Assembly (NCBI GenBank): GCA_964635845.1
Contig: CAZWNO010000001.1
Coordinates: forward strand, 28,623-88,752
Direction of reading: 5' to 3'
DNA length: 60,130 nt
Source: an uncultured Chromatiales bacterium
GTDB lineage: Bacteria; Bacteroidota; Ignavibacteria; SZUA-365
Position 1 is the first letter of the stretch. Every line of letters begins with the position of its first letter. Below, one piece after another: positions 9,459 through 20,401 of the stretch. The translations under genes were made by a program, and so were the position numbers. The notes beneath the pieces were generated by a model. The model was given only the letters and a program-made list of their open reading frames with translations. It was not told where the DNA came from and made no database searches.

Positions 9459-10253
9459 TTACATGCCGCCGACGCCGGCCAGCACACCCAGAAGCGAGAA
9501 CAGGATCCAGATTGAAAATGCGACGATCATGCCTTTCGTCCGGCTGATGTTCGCCACTTTCTCGAATCCGATTCCCAGAACGTAATACGACCAGATGGCC
9601 ACGGGATTCAGCATCATCAGGAAGCGCGTACTCATCGAAGTCATGTCGCCGTCGACGAACAGGGCGGGACTCAGGTTCGCGAAGGGCTTGTCGGTCACGA
9701 AGCTCAGCAGCAGGCTCAGCAGCTGATCGAGGCAGGAGATGTAGGTGCTGAGTCCGGCCGCGGAAAGGATCAGGACGAATGTCGCATCACCCTTCACTCC
9801 GAAGCGAACCGCCAGCCAGTACAGCAGGCAGATCACGAAAAACATGATGATGGAGCCGATACTCGTGGAGAGCGTACCTCCGATTTTCATGACCCCCGAC
9901 ATGCTCTCCATCTTCTGCACGGCCTGCTCGGCCTGCTCCTGTGTCATCTGTCCCGACTCCACCCGTTCGGCAAGTCCTTTCGTCTGTTGTTCGATGATCA
10001 TTGCCATGAAGGCGGGATTCGAGAAGCGAAGGAACATGCCGACGCCCAGGATGAGCGCCGTGATCAGGACGGGCACCAGCCAGTCCGAGGTCCGGGCACC
10101 CGCGGCGCGGACGTTTTCATACGTCGCGGAAGGTTCGGTGATAATTCCGACGAATTTGTCTGTTATCGAGAGCGCCTCGACGGGCGGGGGCGGGACGGCA
10201 CTGAAGCCCGCGCCGTCGTACTGTGCTGCATTCGGATCGGGAGTGTCAGTCAT
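9459..10253 (-). CDS. Yip1-domain integral membrane protein
   Basis: The internal ATG gives MTDTPDPNAAQYDG.... The protein has about 5 hydrophobic helices in a layout typical of the Yip1/DUF1282 family. The longer ORF-track N-terminus has no support. Confidence 0.7.
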   Translation of the reverse strand: MTDTPDPNAAQYDGAGFSAVPPPPVEALSITDKFVGIITEPSATYENVRAAGARTSDWLVPVLITALILGVGMFLRFSNPAFMAMIIEQQTKGLAERVESGQMTQEQAEQAVQKMESMSGVMKIGGTLSTSIGSIIMFFVICLLYWLAVRFGVKGDATFVLILSAAGLSTYISCLDQLLSLLLSFVTDKPFANLSPALFVDGDMTSMSTRFLMMLNPVAIWSYYVLGIGFEKVANISRTKGMIVAFSIWILFSLLGVLAGVGGM

Positions 10254-10400
10254 GGAGCGAATCCTCCGAGGATGGATAAAAGGAATACTCTCTGAATATC
10301 GCAATCTACATTTCCCCGTGGAGGCATACAATTCCCCTCGATTATGTCCCATGCTTGGCATATATTCCCCCTTTGTCTGTCTGAGTCTACGGGGTTCCCG

Positions 10401-13400
10401 ATGAAAGCAATCCGTTTTCCGTTCTTCCTTGCCCTCACGTGCATCCATCTTCTGTGCATACAGCCGCTCGCAGCCCAATGGCAGTGGCTCAATCCGTTGC
10501 CGGAGGGAAACGAGTTTCTCGATGCCACGTTCCTCGACGCGCAGAAGGGATGGATCGTCGGCGGGAACGGGGCCCTGCTGCAGACGAACGACGGCGGGAT
10601 CACCTGGTCGCCGCAGTCAAACATTCTCCGCACGACGCCGTTTCTCGGTCTGAGCATCGTGTTCACCGACGCTCTCACGGGAGTGGTGTCCACGAACAAC
10701 GGGCTGCTGCTTCGGAGCAGCGATGGCGGATTCAGCTGGGGGCTGCTGCCGCGCAGCGCGCTCACGCTGCAGAAGCTGCGCAAGGCTCCCGATGGCAGTC
10801 TCTGGGGAATCGGCAGTCTCGGCGCCATCGCGCGCAGCACGGATGCCGGCCTGACCTGGCAGCGGTTTTCCACCGGAATCACGACCGTGGTCTATGATAT
10901 CGAATTCCCCGATGCGCAGACCGTCGTCGCCGTCTGCGGAGGCGGCACTGTCCTGCGCAGCGTGGATGCCGGCCAGAACTGGACGAGCATGCAGGCCGGA
11001 ATCGGGACGGACATCATCTCCCTCGATTTCCGCGATGCCATGACAGGTTTCGCCGTACAGAAACCGAAATACCTGCTGACGACGACAGACGGCGGAGCGA
11101 CCTGGCGCGACAGTTCGTTCGTGGTCAACGAACTGACGCAGGTGCGTTTCGCCGATGCGAACACGGGCTGGCTGGTGAGCAACAGCGTCGGATCGGTGTT
11201 CAGGACCGTCGACGGCGGAATGAGCTGGCAGTTCGTCGAAGTCGAGCAACCGCGCCGATTCACCTTCTACGCGGTGTATCCCATCGATGCGCAACAATCA
11301 TTGCTGCTCGGAACGGGCGGCGCGGTGTTCACGACCACCGACGGCGGTCAGATATGGAATCAGCGCGGCACGGCGATTTCCCGCCAGCATTTCAACGGCG
11401 TGACGGCGCTGAGCGACAGCGCAGCCTGGATCTTCGGCGACGGAGCGGCGTTTTTCACCAACGATGCCGGTCAGACCTGGAGCGGATCGGACACCATCTC
11501 CCTCCCGGGATTCCGTTCCGGATACGCGCTGTCCGAAACGCGAATCATCGGAAGCGGCAGCCAGGGGCAGGTCATGTTCTCGTCCGACGGCGGACAGAGC
11601 TGGCAGACGCAGGAGCTGAGCGCGCGCGGACTGATCCGACAGATCGTCTTCGTCGATGACAACAACGGCTGGCTCGCCGGCGCGCACGGCACGCTCGCGC
11701 GGAGCTCCGACGGCGGTGCGACATGGGTGGAACTGGACGCCGGGGTGACGCACGATTTCAACGGCATCGCGGCGGTATCCGCGAACGAAGCCTGGATCGC
11801 AGGGAATGAAGGTCGCATCTACCACACCACAGACGGGGGAGCGAACTGGGTTCCGCAGAACACATCGGTTTCCACGCACCTGCAGGCCATTTACTTCACG
11901 GACGCGCTCAACGGCTGGGCCGGCGGGCAGCTCGCGCTTCTGCGAACGAGCGACGGCGGCACGACCTGGATCCCGGTCACGGGACTGGCCGGTCTCGACG
12001 TGATCTATCGCATCGTATTCACCGATGCGCAGCACGGATATATCATGCTCAGCCGCTCCGTCGCGCGCACGAACGACGGAGGCGCGACGTTCTACCGCAC
12101 GGACTATCCCGCCATCGGTCTCCATGATCTCGATGCGATCCCTGACGGTCACCTCTGGATGGCCGGCGATTTCGGCACGATCATGCGCTACGTTCCCGCG
12201 GCTGCGATCCATATACAGCCCGACCGCATCGACTTCGGCGACGTCGCCGTCACCAAGCAGCTGAATCAGACGTTCACCGTTTCCAATCGCGGGGAGATCC
12301 CCCTCGATTTCAACAACGTCGCGACGATAGGTCCAGGATTCCTGTTCATCAATGGCGATCTCTCGCCACTGCAGCCCGGCGACAGCCGTGTCTTCACCAT
12401 CGGCTTCGCTCCGCAGGACACCGGCATGGCCTATGGCACGGCGACGGTGTATTCGAATGCCGCGCTGGGAATTCCTTTCGTCGAGCTGGTCGGACACGGG
12501 GTGCCCCGTGGGACTTCCGCGTTCATCCATACTCCCGACACGCTCGATTTCGGCGAGCTCCTGCTCGGCACGTACGCGTCACGGTTCGTGACGCTCACGA
12601 ACCGGGGCACGCTGCCACTACTGATCAGTCAGGAACGCATGAGCGGCGGGGACTCCACCATGTTCCAGGTCACGCAGGAGTCCACCTTTTTCTATGCGGC
12701 GGGGAAGACGGATTCGGTGCAGATAACCTTTAGTCCGCTGCGTGCTGGTGATTTCCTGAGCTGGCTGCTCATGGAATCGAACGATCCGGTGGAGCCTTAC
12801 TACCTCATTCCCGTCAAGGGCAGCGGAATCACGCCCACGATTGCCACCGACGACCCGATCGAGTTCGGGTACGTACTCATCGACGACAGCAAAACAGTGG
12901 ATGTCAGCATCCGGAATACCGGCAGGGCGCCGCTGCACATCAGCAGCTGGACGCCGGGCGGCGCCGACGCGGCGTTGTTCACGTTCACCAATCCCGGTAC
13001 CGTGACGATTGCCGGCGGCGACTCTCTCGTCCTGCCCGTGACCTTCTCCCCGCTGAGCTACGGCGAGAAGAACGCGGTGATTACCATCGTCTCCGACGAC
13101 CTGCTCAAGAGCAGCTACGACCTTCGATTGCGCGGCAACGCGACGACGCTCGATGTGGACGGCGTGTCCGTCCCGGCGGACGTCCGGCTCCAGCAGAATT
13201 ATCCGAATCCGGTATCACTATCCGATAACGGCATGACCGTCTATACCGTCATGCTTCCCCAGCAGATGGCCGTGACACTGACCCTGCACGACCTGCAGGG
13301 ACGCGAGGTGCTGCGCGTCGCGGACGGCATGCTCGCAGCCGGACGCAGCGATATCAGCGCGGACCTTTCCGCGCTGTCGAGCGGCAGTTATCGCGCGCTG

Positions 13401-13463
13401 CTCACCGCGCGCAGCGGCGGAACGCAGTCGCAGCGGCAGGTCCTGACGGTTGTCATACGATAA
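10401..13463 (+). CDS. BNR/Ycf48-like multi-repeat beta-propeller protein with choice-of-anchor-D-like Ig domains and a T9SS type-A C-terminal domain
   Basis: Signal MKAIRFPFFLALTCIHLLCIQPLAAQ. There are 13 S/T-x-D-G/A-G-x-T/S-W repeats (TNDGGITW, SSDGGFSW, TTDGGATW ...). Repeated FG.V..g.....f.v.N.G..pL modules follow. The C-terminus is LQQNYPNPVS...LTLHDLQGREV...GSYRALL. Confidence 0.8.
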   Translation: MKAIRFPFFLALTCIHLLCIQPLAAQWQWLNPLPEGNEFLDATFLDAQKGWIVGGNGALLQTNDGGITWSPQSNILRTTPFLGLSIVFTDALTGVVSTNNGLLLRSSDGGFSWGLLPRSALTLQKLRKAPDGSLWGIGSLGAIARSTDAGLTWQRFSTGITTVVYDIEFPDAQTVVAVCGGGTVLRSVDAGQNWTSMQAGIGTDIISLDFRDAMTGFAVQKPKYLLTTTDGGATWRDSSFVVNELTQVRFADANTGWLVSNSVGSVFRTVDGGMSWQFVEVEQPRRFTFYAVYPIDAQQSLLLGTGGAVFTTTDGGQIWNQRGTAISRQHFNGVTALSDSAAWIFGDGAAFFTNDAGQTWSGSDTISLPGFRSGYALSETRIIGSGSQGQVMFSSDGGQSWQTQELSARGLIRQIVFVDDNNGWLAGAHGTLARSSDGGATWVELDAGVTHDFNGIAAVSANEAWIAGNEGRIYHTTDGGANWVPQNTSVSTHLQAIYFTDALNGWAGGQLALLRTSDGGTTWIPVTGLAGLDVIYRIVFTDAQHGYIMLSRSVARTNDGGATFYRTDYPAIGLHDLDAIPDGHLWMAGDFGTIMRYVPAAAIHIQPDRIDFGDVAVTKQLNQTFTVSNRGEIPLDFNNVATIGPGFLFINGDLSPLQPGDSRVFTIGFAPQDTGMAYGTATVYSNAALGIPFVELVGHGVPRGTSAFIHTPDTLDFGELLLGTYASRFVTLTNRGTLPLLISQERMSGGDSTMFQVTQESTFFYAAGKTDSVQITFSPLRAGDFLSWLLMESNDPVEPYYLIPVKGSGITPTIATDDPIEFGYVLIDDSKTVDVSIRNTGRAPLHISSWTPGGADAALFTFTNPGTVTIAGGDSLVLPVTFSPLSYGEKNAVITIVSDDLLKSSYDLRLRGNATTLDVDGVSVPADVRLQQNYPNPVSLSDNGMTVYTVMLPQQMAVTLTLHDLQGREVLRVADGMLAAGRSDISADLSALSSGSYRALLTARSGGTQSQRQVLTVVIR

Positions 13464-13468
13464 CCGGC

Positions 13469-14650
13469 ATGCCCGATCCCGCGGAACAATTCCTCTCTCT
13501 GCTTCGGCACGAGGCAGCACCGTACTTTTTCTGGCGCTCGCCGGAAGGGGAGACACTCGCGGCAGCCGGACAGCGCCACCGGTTTGAACCTGCACAGCCG
13601 GAGCGATGGCGGGAGTGGGCGACAGCTCCGCTCGATGCCGATCCGGATGTTCCGCTGATCGCGCTTTCATTCTTCGATCCCGCCGCGAAGCCGTCGGAAG
13701 AATGGAGCGGCTTTCCTCCCTTTCAATTCTATCAACCTGCAATCGCGATACAGGAACGTCACGGGGAATGCCGGCAGTGGGGCGCACCTTCATGTTCCCC
13801 GGGTATTTCCCACGACGAGCCGACGGAAGCAGGCGCGCTCGCTCGTCTCGCCGACAGCGGAGGGGATGCCGAGACATACCGCGCGCGTGTCGAGCAGGCG
13901 CTCGGGCTGCTCAGGCGCGGGGAACTGGAGAAGGTCGTCGTCGCCCGCAAGGGCAGAATCAAGATTGCGAACTCCTTTTCCCTGTCCCCGATGCTGCATG
14001 CGATGCTGCGGCAGCCGCACGCATTCACCATCTGCTACAGTCCTGACGGCCTGCGTTTCTTCCTGAGCGCGACACCCGAGAGACTCGGACGCATCGACTC
14101 AGGGCGTTTCGAAAGCATGGCGCTGGCGGGAACGTTTCCGAATGTCAGTGACCGAGACCGGCCCGAACGCGACCTGCTCGGCGATGCGAAGGAGCGTTCC
14201 GAACATGCCTACGTTGTCAGCATGATCCGGTCCGCCGCGGCTTCGTTCGCGACCGGCATTTCGGTGGACGACAGGCGTACGCTCGAACTGCCGCATGTGA
14301 AGCACATCCTCACCCGCATTTCCGCGCGGATCCGCGAAGGCTGCGACCTGCGTCATGTGATCGCGTCCCTGCACCCGACTCCGGCCGTCGCGGGGACTCC
14401 ACGGGAAGCCGCGCTCGCGTTGATCGCGGCGCTCGAGCCGTTCAACCGCGGGCTCTACGCGGGCTGTGCGGGTTGGTTCTTCCCGCTGGGAGACGGGGAC
14501 GTCGCGGTGACGATACGGAGCGCGATGCTGTGCGAGGGTGACGCGATCGTCTGGGCTGGAGCCGGAATTGTCGGCAACAGCGACGCGGCAGCCGAGGAAC
14601 GGGAAACCCGGGCGAAGATGCGGACCATGTTCGACATTCTCGGCATCTGA
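13469..14650 (+). CDS. menF: isochorismate synthase
   Basis: Chorismate-binding enzyme motifs are present: SLHPTPAVAGTPREAA, RGLYAGCAGW and GAGIVGNSDAAAEERETRAKM. It is the first gene of the men operon. Confidence 0.85.
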   Translation: MPDPAEQFLSLLRHEAAPYFFWRSPEGETLAAAGQRHRFEPAQPERWREWATAPLDADPDVPLIALSFFDPAAKPSEEWSGFPPFQFYQPAIAIQERHGECRQWGAPSCSPGISHDEPTEAGALARLADSGGDAETYRARVEQALGLLRRGELEKVVVARKGRIKIANSFSLSPMLHAMLRQPHAFTICYSPDGLRFFLSATPERLGRIDSGRFESMALAGTFPNVSDRDRPERDLLGDAKERSEHAYVVSMIRSAAASFATGISVDDRRTLELPHVKHILTRISARIREGCDLRHVIASLHPTPAVAGTPREAALALIAALEPFNRGLYAGCAGWFFPLGDGDVAVTIRSAMLCEGDAIVWAGAGIVGNSDAAAEERETRAKMRTMFDILGI

Positions 14651-14669
14651 GAGCGCGGATGATCGCGAA

Positions 14670-17372
14670 GTGTGTCCGAGGGGAGAATTCCGTATTTTAG
14701 CTTTCCTCGAAGCATATCCTCAGGAATTGGACGCGCGCATCCTTTTGCAGCGGTTCGTAAATATCAACCACCTCTGGGCCCATGCGATCGCGGATGAAAT
14801 CGCGCGCTGCGGCGTACGCCATGCGGTGATCTCTCCCGGATCGCGGAGCGCGCCGCTGGTGCTCGCGATATCCGCGCATCGGGACATCACGGATCATTCC
14901 GTGATCGACGAGCGCGCGGCAGCCTTTTACGCGCTCGGTCTCGCCAAGGCGAGCGGGCAGGCGGTCGCGCTGCTCTGCACATCGGGAACCGCCGCGGCCA
15001 ATTATTTCCCGGCAGTCTGCGAGGCGGATGCCTCCCGCGTTCCCCTGCTGCTGTTCACGGCCGACCGGCCCGCCTCGCAGCGCGGCAGCGGTGCGCCGCA
15101 GACCATGGACCAGGTGAAGCTGTACGGCGATCACGTGCGCCTGTTCGTGGACCCCGGGCTACCGGAAGCGGATGAGGACCGGCTGCGCGCGCTGCGCTCA
15201 TCGATATGCCATGCGTTCGCCGTCGCGACAGACAGTCCTGCTGGTCCCATCCATGTCAATCTGCCTTTCCGTAAACCGCTGGAACCGACGGAACCCGAGC
15301 GGGAACGGGACAGGATTCCGGATGCACTCCGCACGAACACGATCGAAGCCGTCATGGGGCGCTCCGATGGAAGGCCGTGGCTGCGCGAATACAACGCCGG
15401 ATCGTCGAACGATGTGCTCGCCCCGGTGGCTGACGCCTTGCTCGCGGCGCGCAGGCCGGTGATTCTCGCCGGTCCCGACGCCCGCGGCGCGGAGAGCGCG
15501 GCCGACCTGATGCGCATCGCCGGGCTGCATCATGTGCCGGTGTTCGCCGAAGCGGCTTCGCAGCTGCGGGCCGGCGAACGCCATCCGCTGCGGATTTCGA
15601 CGCTGGACCTGCTGCTGCGTTCCGAGGTGTTTCGCGCGGCATTTCACCCGGATCTGATCGTGCAGCTCGGCGGGGTTCCCACGAATGCCGCGGTGCAGCG
15701 CTTTCTTGAGCACGCGCCGGCCGAGCATGTCTGCATCGCGAGGGATCGCGCACTGCACGATGCGGCGCACACGGCTCGTGTCCATGTGCACGACACGAAT
15801 GGTGATTTCATCGGAAGGCTCTCGGAATATCTCTCCGGATGTCCGTCGCGCACGCCAGAATCCGGCTTCATCGATGCGATCGCCATTGCGGATACGGCCA
15901 TCCGAAATACCCTGCCCGCCCGCTGCGCCGCGCTGCCCTCGACGTTCGAAGGCGCGGTGATGCATCGGTTGTCCGCTCTCCTGCCCGCGCACTCCGCCGT
16001 GTTCGTTTCTTCGAGCATGCCCATCCGCGACATCGAATCGTTCGCGCTGGATTTCCCCGAAGACACGGAACTGCATTTCAACCGCGGGGTGAACGGCATC
16101 GACGGGATCGTTTCAACCGCGCTCGGCGTCGCGCGCGCGCGCGGAGGACCCGCGCTGCTTGTCACCGGGGACATCGCCTTCCTGCACAATCTGAACGCGG
16201 CCGCCGGAGAGGGACTGCGGGAGATCGCCCTTACCGTGCTGCTGCTCAACAACGACGGCGGCGAAATTTTCGACATGCTGCCGGTGCGCGGCTTCGAGCC
16301 CGCATTCTCGCGTCATTTCATCACGCCGCACGGCGCGGATTTCTCGGAAGCCTGCGCCGCGTTCGGCATCGATCACCAGCGCATCACCGGGACCGGCGAA
16401 CTGCCATCCGCGCTGGCCCGGGCATTCGACTCGCAGCGTTTGAGCGTGATCGAACTGCGCACGGCCATCGGTGAAAGCGGTGCGCTCCGGCGGCAGCTGC
16501 TCCGCGACCTGGCCATGGATGTGGATGCGGCGCTGCCGGCGGAGAATGCCGCGGAGAACGGGCAACGTCCGCGCTTCCCGCTGGCGTGGAAGCAGTTCGC
16601 GCCATCCGGAGATGAGACGGCGGTGTTTCTCCACGGCTTCACGCGCTCGAGCGCGTCCTGGGAGAGGATCGCGAGCCGGCTGTCCGGCATACACCTCATC
16701 GGCATCGATCTGATGGGACACGGAAACTCGCCCGTTCCCGCGTTCGATATGCATCCGGACGCATACTCCCTCGATTACGCAGCGGACGAGCTGCGTGCGA
16801 TCATCGCGCGTCTCGGACTCGGCAGGGTGCATCTCGTCGGCTATTCCCTCGGCGGCCGCGTCGCGCTGCATTTTGCATCGCGCAATGCAGGGCTGCTTCG
16901 GTCGCTGGCGCTGATCAGCGCGACTCCCGGAATCGAGGAGGAGCCGGAGCGCGCGCGGCGCCGCGAGGCGGATCGCGAACTCGCGGAACGCATCGACGAC
17001 ATCGGGCTTGAGCGATTCGTAACGGAGTGGAGCCAGGGCCCGCTTTTCGCCGTCCGGCAAGATGCAGGCAAGGCACGCACGCTGGATGTGCAGCGCGACC
17101 GCATGCGCCGGCAATGCCGCGGACTGCAGGGTTCGCTGCTCGGCAGCGGACAGGGCTCGCAGCTTCCGCTCTGGGATATTCTGCCAACGCTGGAAATGCC
17201 GGTGCTCATCGCCGCCGGCGCGAACGACGAGCGCTATGCGAAGATCGCCGCGCGCATGCAGACCATGCTGCCGCGAGCCATGCTGCGCGTGTTCGAGGAG
17301 GCGGGGCACGACCTGCCGGCCGAGCGGGCCGAACAGCTGGCGCAGGCGCTCGGGGAGCTGTGGAAACGCTGA
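14670..17372 (+). CDS. menD: fused 2-succinyl-5-enolpyruvyl-6-hydroxy-3-cyclohexene-1-carboxylate synthase (MenD) and SHCHC synthase alpha/beta-hydrolase (MenH)
   Basis: The N-terminal roughly 590 aa are a ThDP enzyme ([31 protein letters not shown]). The C-terminal roughly 270 aa are an alpha/beta hydrolase ([12 protein letters not shown], the GYSLGG nucleophile elbow and a late H). The start is uncertain: the ORF opens at 14538 inside menF, and I place it at an in-frame GTG at 14670. A TTG at 14727 is also possible. Confidence 0.8.
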   Translation: MCPRGEFRILAFLEAYPQELDARILLQRFVNINHLWAHAIADEIARCGVRHAVISPGSRSAPLVLAISAHRDITDHSVIDERAAAFYALGLAKASGQAVALLCTSGTAAANYFPAVCEADASRVPLLLFTADRPASQRGSGAPQTMDQVKLYGDHVRLFVDPGLPEADEDRLRALRSSICHAFAVATDSPAGPIHVNLPFRKPLEPTEPERERDRIPDALRTNTIEAVMGRSDGRPWLREYNAGSSNDVLAPVADALLAARRPVILAGPDARGAESAADLMRIAGLHHVPVFAEAASQLRAGERHPLRISTLDLLLRSEVFRAAFHPDLIVQLGGVPTNAAVQRFLEHAPAEHVCIARDRALHDAAHTARVHVHDTNGDFIGRLSEYLSGCPSRTPESGFIDAIAIADTAIRNTLPARCAALPSTFEGAVMHRLSALLPAHSAVFVSSSMPIRDIESFALDFPEDTELHFNRGVNGIDGIVSTALGVARARGGPALLVTGDIAFLHNLNAAAGEGLREIALTVLLLNNDGGEIFDMLPVRGFEPAFSRHFITPHGADFSEACAAFGIDHQRITGTGELPSALARAFDSQRLSVIELRTAIGESGALRRQLLRDLAMDVDAALPAENAAENGQRPRFPLAWKQFAPSGDETAVFLHGFTRSSASWERIASRLSGIHLIGIDLMGHGNSPVPAFDMHPDAYSLDYAADELRAIIARLGLGRVHLVGYSLGGRVALHFASRNAGLLRSLALISATPGIEEEPERARRREADRELAERIDDIGLERFVTEWSQGPLFAVRQDAGKARTLDVQRDRMRRQCRGLQGSLLGSGQGSQLPLWDILPTLEMPVLIAAGANDERYAKIAARMQTMLPRAMLRVFEEAGHDLPAERAEQLAQALGELWKR

Positions 17373-17433
17373 CACACGCATCGGTGTTCTGCTAACGACC
17401 GGACCATCATTCTCACACCGACAGAAAACCATC

Positions 17434-18282
17434 ATGAGCGACATCACCTGGACGACCGTCAGGGAATATTCGGACATCACATTCCGCCGAAGCGACGAAG
17501 GGATCATGCGCATCGCGATCAACCGACCCGAGGTGCGGAACGCCTTCCGGCCGGAAACCGTCGACCAGCTGCTCGACGCGTTCGGTCTCGCCGCGCTCGA
17601 CACCGAGGTCGGTGTCGTCCTCCTGACAGGCGAGGGGCCCGCGCGGGACGGCAAGTGGGCGTTCTGCAGCGGCGGCGACCAGAAGATACGCGGCGATGCC
17701 GGCTACATGGGACAGGAAGCTGGAAGCGTGCCGCGCCTGCACATCCTCGAGCTGCAGCGCCTCATCCGCAGCATGCCGAAAGTGGTCATCGCGCTGATTG
17801 CCGGCTACGCCATCGGCGGCGGGCATGTACTGCATGTCGTCTGCGATCTGAGCATCGCGGCGGACAATGCGATATTCGGACAGACAGGCCCGAAAGTCGG
17901 AAGCTTCGACGGAGGTTTCGGCGCCTCGTATCTCGCGCGTATGGTCGGCCAGAAGCGTGCCCGGGAGATATGGTATCTGTGCCGACAGTACGATGCGCGG
18001 GAAGCGTTCGATATGGGACTGGTCAACACCGTCGTCGCCGTCGAAAAGCTCGAGGCCGAAGGCGTGCAGTGGGCGCGCGAGATCATGCGGAAATCGCCGC
18101 TGGCCATTCGCCTGCTCAAGTCGGCGTTCAATGCGGAGCTGGACGGACAGGCAGGCATTCAGGAACTTGCGGGGAACGCCACGCTCCTGTACTACATGTC
18201 CGAGGAAGCCCGCGAGGGCAAGGAATCCTACGTCGAAAAACGTCCGCCGAATTTCCGGAAGTTCCGTTGGCTTCCATGGTAG
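17434..18282 (+). CDS. menB: 1,4-dihydroxy-2-naphthoyl-CoA synthase
   Basis: [36 protein letters not shown] and [11 protein letters not shown] show the crotonase fold. The C-terminus is [19 protein letters not shown]. Confidence 0.92.
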   Translation: MSDITWTTVREYSDITFRRSDEGIMRIAINRPEVRNAFRPETVDQLLDAFGLAALDTEVGVVLLTGEGPARDGKWAFCSGGDQKIRGDAGYMGQEAGSVPRLHILELQRLIRSMPKVVIALIAGYAIGGGHVLHVVCDLSIAADNAIFGQTGPKVGSFDGGFGASYLARMVGQKRAREIWYLCRQYDAREAFDMGLVNTVVAVEKLEAEGVQWAREIMRKSPLAIRLLKSAFNAELDGQAGIQELAGNATLLYYMSEEAREGKESYVEKRPPNFRKFRWLPW

Positions 18283-18283
18283 G

Positions 18284-19243
18284 ATGGGTATGGAAAAAAT
18301 GAACGACCGACCGATCATGAACGAACCCCTGCAGGGCTCCGGGGCAGTGCCGATGCCGGATATCAGCCGTGCGCAGGCATGGGTGATCGCAGCCAGGCCG
18401 AAAACCCTGCCCGCGGCCGTGGTGCCCGTGGTCGTCGGATCCGCTGTTGCCGCCGCGGAGGGAATGTTCGCACCGCTGCCCGCCGCCATCACCATGGTCT
18501 GCGCCCTGCTCATCCAGATCGGGACCAACCTGGCGAACGATTATTTCGACTACATGAAGGGCGCCGATTCGGAGCATCGCATCGGTCCGTTGCGCGTGAC
18601 GCAGAGCGGGCTGATTCCACCGCGGACGGTGCGGAACGCGATGATCGCTGTTTTCGTGCTGACGTTTCTTCTCGGATTGTACCTCGTTTCAGTCGGAGGC
18701 TGGCCCATCCTCGCGATCGGCCTGGCGTCGATTTTCTTCGCCGTGATCTACACTGCAGGACCCTATCCATTAGCCTACGTCGGTCTCGGAGAGCCGTTCG
18801 TATTTCTCTTCTTCGGTCTCGTCGCCGTCACCGGGACGCATTACGTCCAGGCCCTGCACTGGTCGGTCGACGCATTGATCGCTTCGCTGCCGGTAGGTGC
18901 GATCACGACGGCGATTCTCGTCGTGAACAATTACCGCGACATCGACACCGATCGCGCGACGAACAAGAAGACCCTGGCCGTGCGCATCGGCCGCGCGGCA
19001 ACCAGGATCGAATACCACCTTCTGCTGCTTTTCGCCTACGTCGTCCCCCTGCTGCAATCCCTGCGCGCCGCGCAGCCGCTGTGGCTGCTGCTCCCGCTGC
19101 TGAGTCTCCCGTTCGCAATCCGTGTGCTGCGCATCGTCGCACATTCCACCGACGGCGCCGAGCTCAATCACGCCCTCGCGGGGACGGGTCAGCTGCTCGC
19201 GCTCTACGGCATCCTGTATTCCGCCGGATACTATCTCGCCTGA
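18284..19243 (+). CDS. menA: 1,4-dihydroxy-2-naphthoate polyprenyltransferase
   Basis: UbiA-family membrane protein with ARPKTLPAAVVPV and NLANDYFDYMKGAD (NxxxDxxxD). It starts 2 nt after the menB stop. Alternative ATGs at 18290 and 18299 are possible. Confidence 0.85.
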   Translation: MGMEKMNDRPIMNEPLQGSGAVPMPDISRAQAWVIAARPKTLPAAVVPVVVGSAVAAAEGMFAPLPAAITMVCALLIQIGTNLANDYFDYMKGADSEHRIGPLRVTQSGLIPPRTVRNAMIAVFVLTFLLGLYLVSVGGWPILAIGLASIFFAVIYTAGPYPLAYVGLGEPFVFLFFGLVAVTGTHYVQALHWSVDALIASLPVGAITTAILVVNNYRDIDTDRATNKKTLAVRIGRAATRIEYHLLLLFAYVVPLLQSLRAAQPLWLLLPLLSLPFAIRVLRIVAHSTDGAELNHALAGTGQLLALYGILYSAGYYLA

Positions 19244-19246
19244 CGC

Positions 19247-20401
19247 ATGCGTTGCCGCATTCAACAGCGCTCCCTTCCCCTGCGCCGGTCCTTTGCGGCC
19301 AGCGGATGGACGATCACCATGCGCGACGTTCTGCTCTTCTCCATCACCGATGAGAACCTGGGATCGACCGGGTGGGGTGAATCCGCGCCGCTTCCCTCCT
19401 TCGGGACGGAGGATCTCCCCGCCAGCCGCGAGGCGCTGCGCTCGGCGGCGCAGGTGCTCTCCGGAATGAGCGCCGCGGAGGCCGGTGAAAATCCGGATCC
19501 CATTGTCCTGATTCCTGCTCTCACCGGCGCGCCCGCTGCGCGTTTCGCGGTGGAATGCGCCTTGCTCGATCTGCAGTCGCGCATCGGGGACGTCACTCTC
19601 GCCGAGAAACTGGGCGGGCGGTTCCGCGACCGCGTGCCGGTCAACACGGTCATCGGAGCCGGAAGCATCGAAGACGCGTCATCGGCTGCGGCTGCCGCAT
19701 GGGAGGACGGCTATCGCTGCATCAAGCTCAAGGTGGGAGCCGGTACGCTCGAAGAGGATGTCGAGCGAATCCGCGCCATCCGTCTGGCCGTGCCCGCGGA
19801 TACCCTCCTGCGTCTGGACGCGAACGGCGCATGGGATTTCGGCGAAGCGGAGCAGGCGCTGCGGGAATTCGCGATGTACGACATCGAGTATATCGAGCAG
19901 CCGGTTCCATCCGCGGCAACCGACGAACTCGCGGCGCTCGGCAATCTGGGTATCGTACCGATCGCCGCCGACGAGAGCGCACAGAACCTGACGCAGGCGC
20001 GAAGGCTGCTGGAGCGCCGAGCGGTCGATCTGTTCGTCATCAAGCCCATGGCCTCGGGAAGCCTCCTCGACTGCCGGCGCTTCGCGATCGAAGCGGCGGA
20101 CCGGGGGTGCGATGTCGTGTTCACCTCTCTTATCGATTCCTCGCTCGGAAGGCATGCGGTGGCGCAACTCTGTGCTTCACTCCCGTTCTCGCACCGTCAC
20201 CATGGACTCGCGACCGGCGCGATGTTTCTGGAAGACACACATCGCGACGATCTGATCCGGGGCGAGTTCATCCTGCCGGAAACGCCAGGCCTCGGGATCA
20301 CACCAGACCCCGGGATCACACCAGACCCCGGGATCACGCCGGGCCCCGGGATCGCACCGGACGATGATCACTTCGGCGCCGGGCAAGCGGGGGAGAGATG
20401 A
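19247..20401 (+). CDS. menC: o-succinylbenzoate synthase (enolase superfamily) with a repeat-containing C-terminal tail
   Basis: GWGESAPLP, IKLKVG, LRLDANGAW, IEYIEQP and IAADES are the metal-ligand and catalytic blocks of MenC/MLE-type enzymes. The C-terminal tail is GLGITPDPGITPDPGITPGPGIAPDDD. Confidence 0.8.
   Translation: MRCRIQQRSLPLRRSFAASGWTITMRDVLLFSITDENLGSTGWGESAPLPSFGTEDLPASREALRSAAQVLSGMSAAEAGENPDPIVLIPALTGAPAARFAVECALLDLQSRIGDVTLAEKLGGRFRDRVPVNTVIGAGSIEDASSAAAAAWEDGYRCIKLKVGAGTLEEDVERIRAIRLAVPADTLLRLDANGAWDFGEAEQALREFAMYDIEYIEQPVPSAATDELAALGNLGIVPIAADESAQNLTQARRLLERRAVDLFVIKPMASGSLLDCRRFAIEAADRGCDVVFTSLIDSSLGRHAVAQLCASLPFSHRHHGLATGAMFLEDTHRDDLIRGEFILPETPGLGITPDPGITPDPGITPGPGIAPDDDHFGAGQAGER
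20294..20360 (+). repeat. 18-bp in-frame tandem repeat (about 3.7 copies) encoding (GITPDP)n at the 3' end of menC
   Basis: gggatcacaccagacccc occurs twice perfectly (20294-20311 and 20312-20329). These are followed by gggatcacgccgggcccc and a partial gggatcgcaccgg. Confidence 0.9.
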
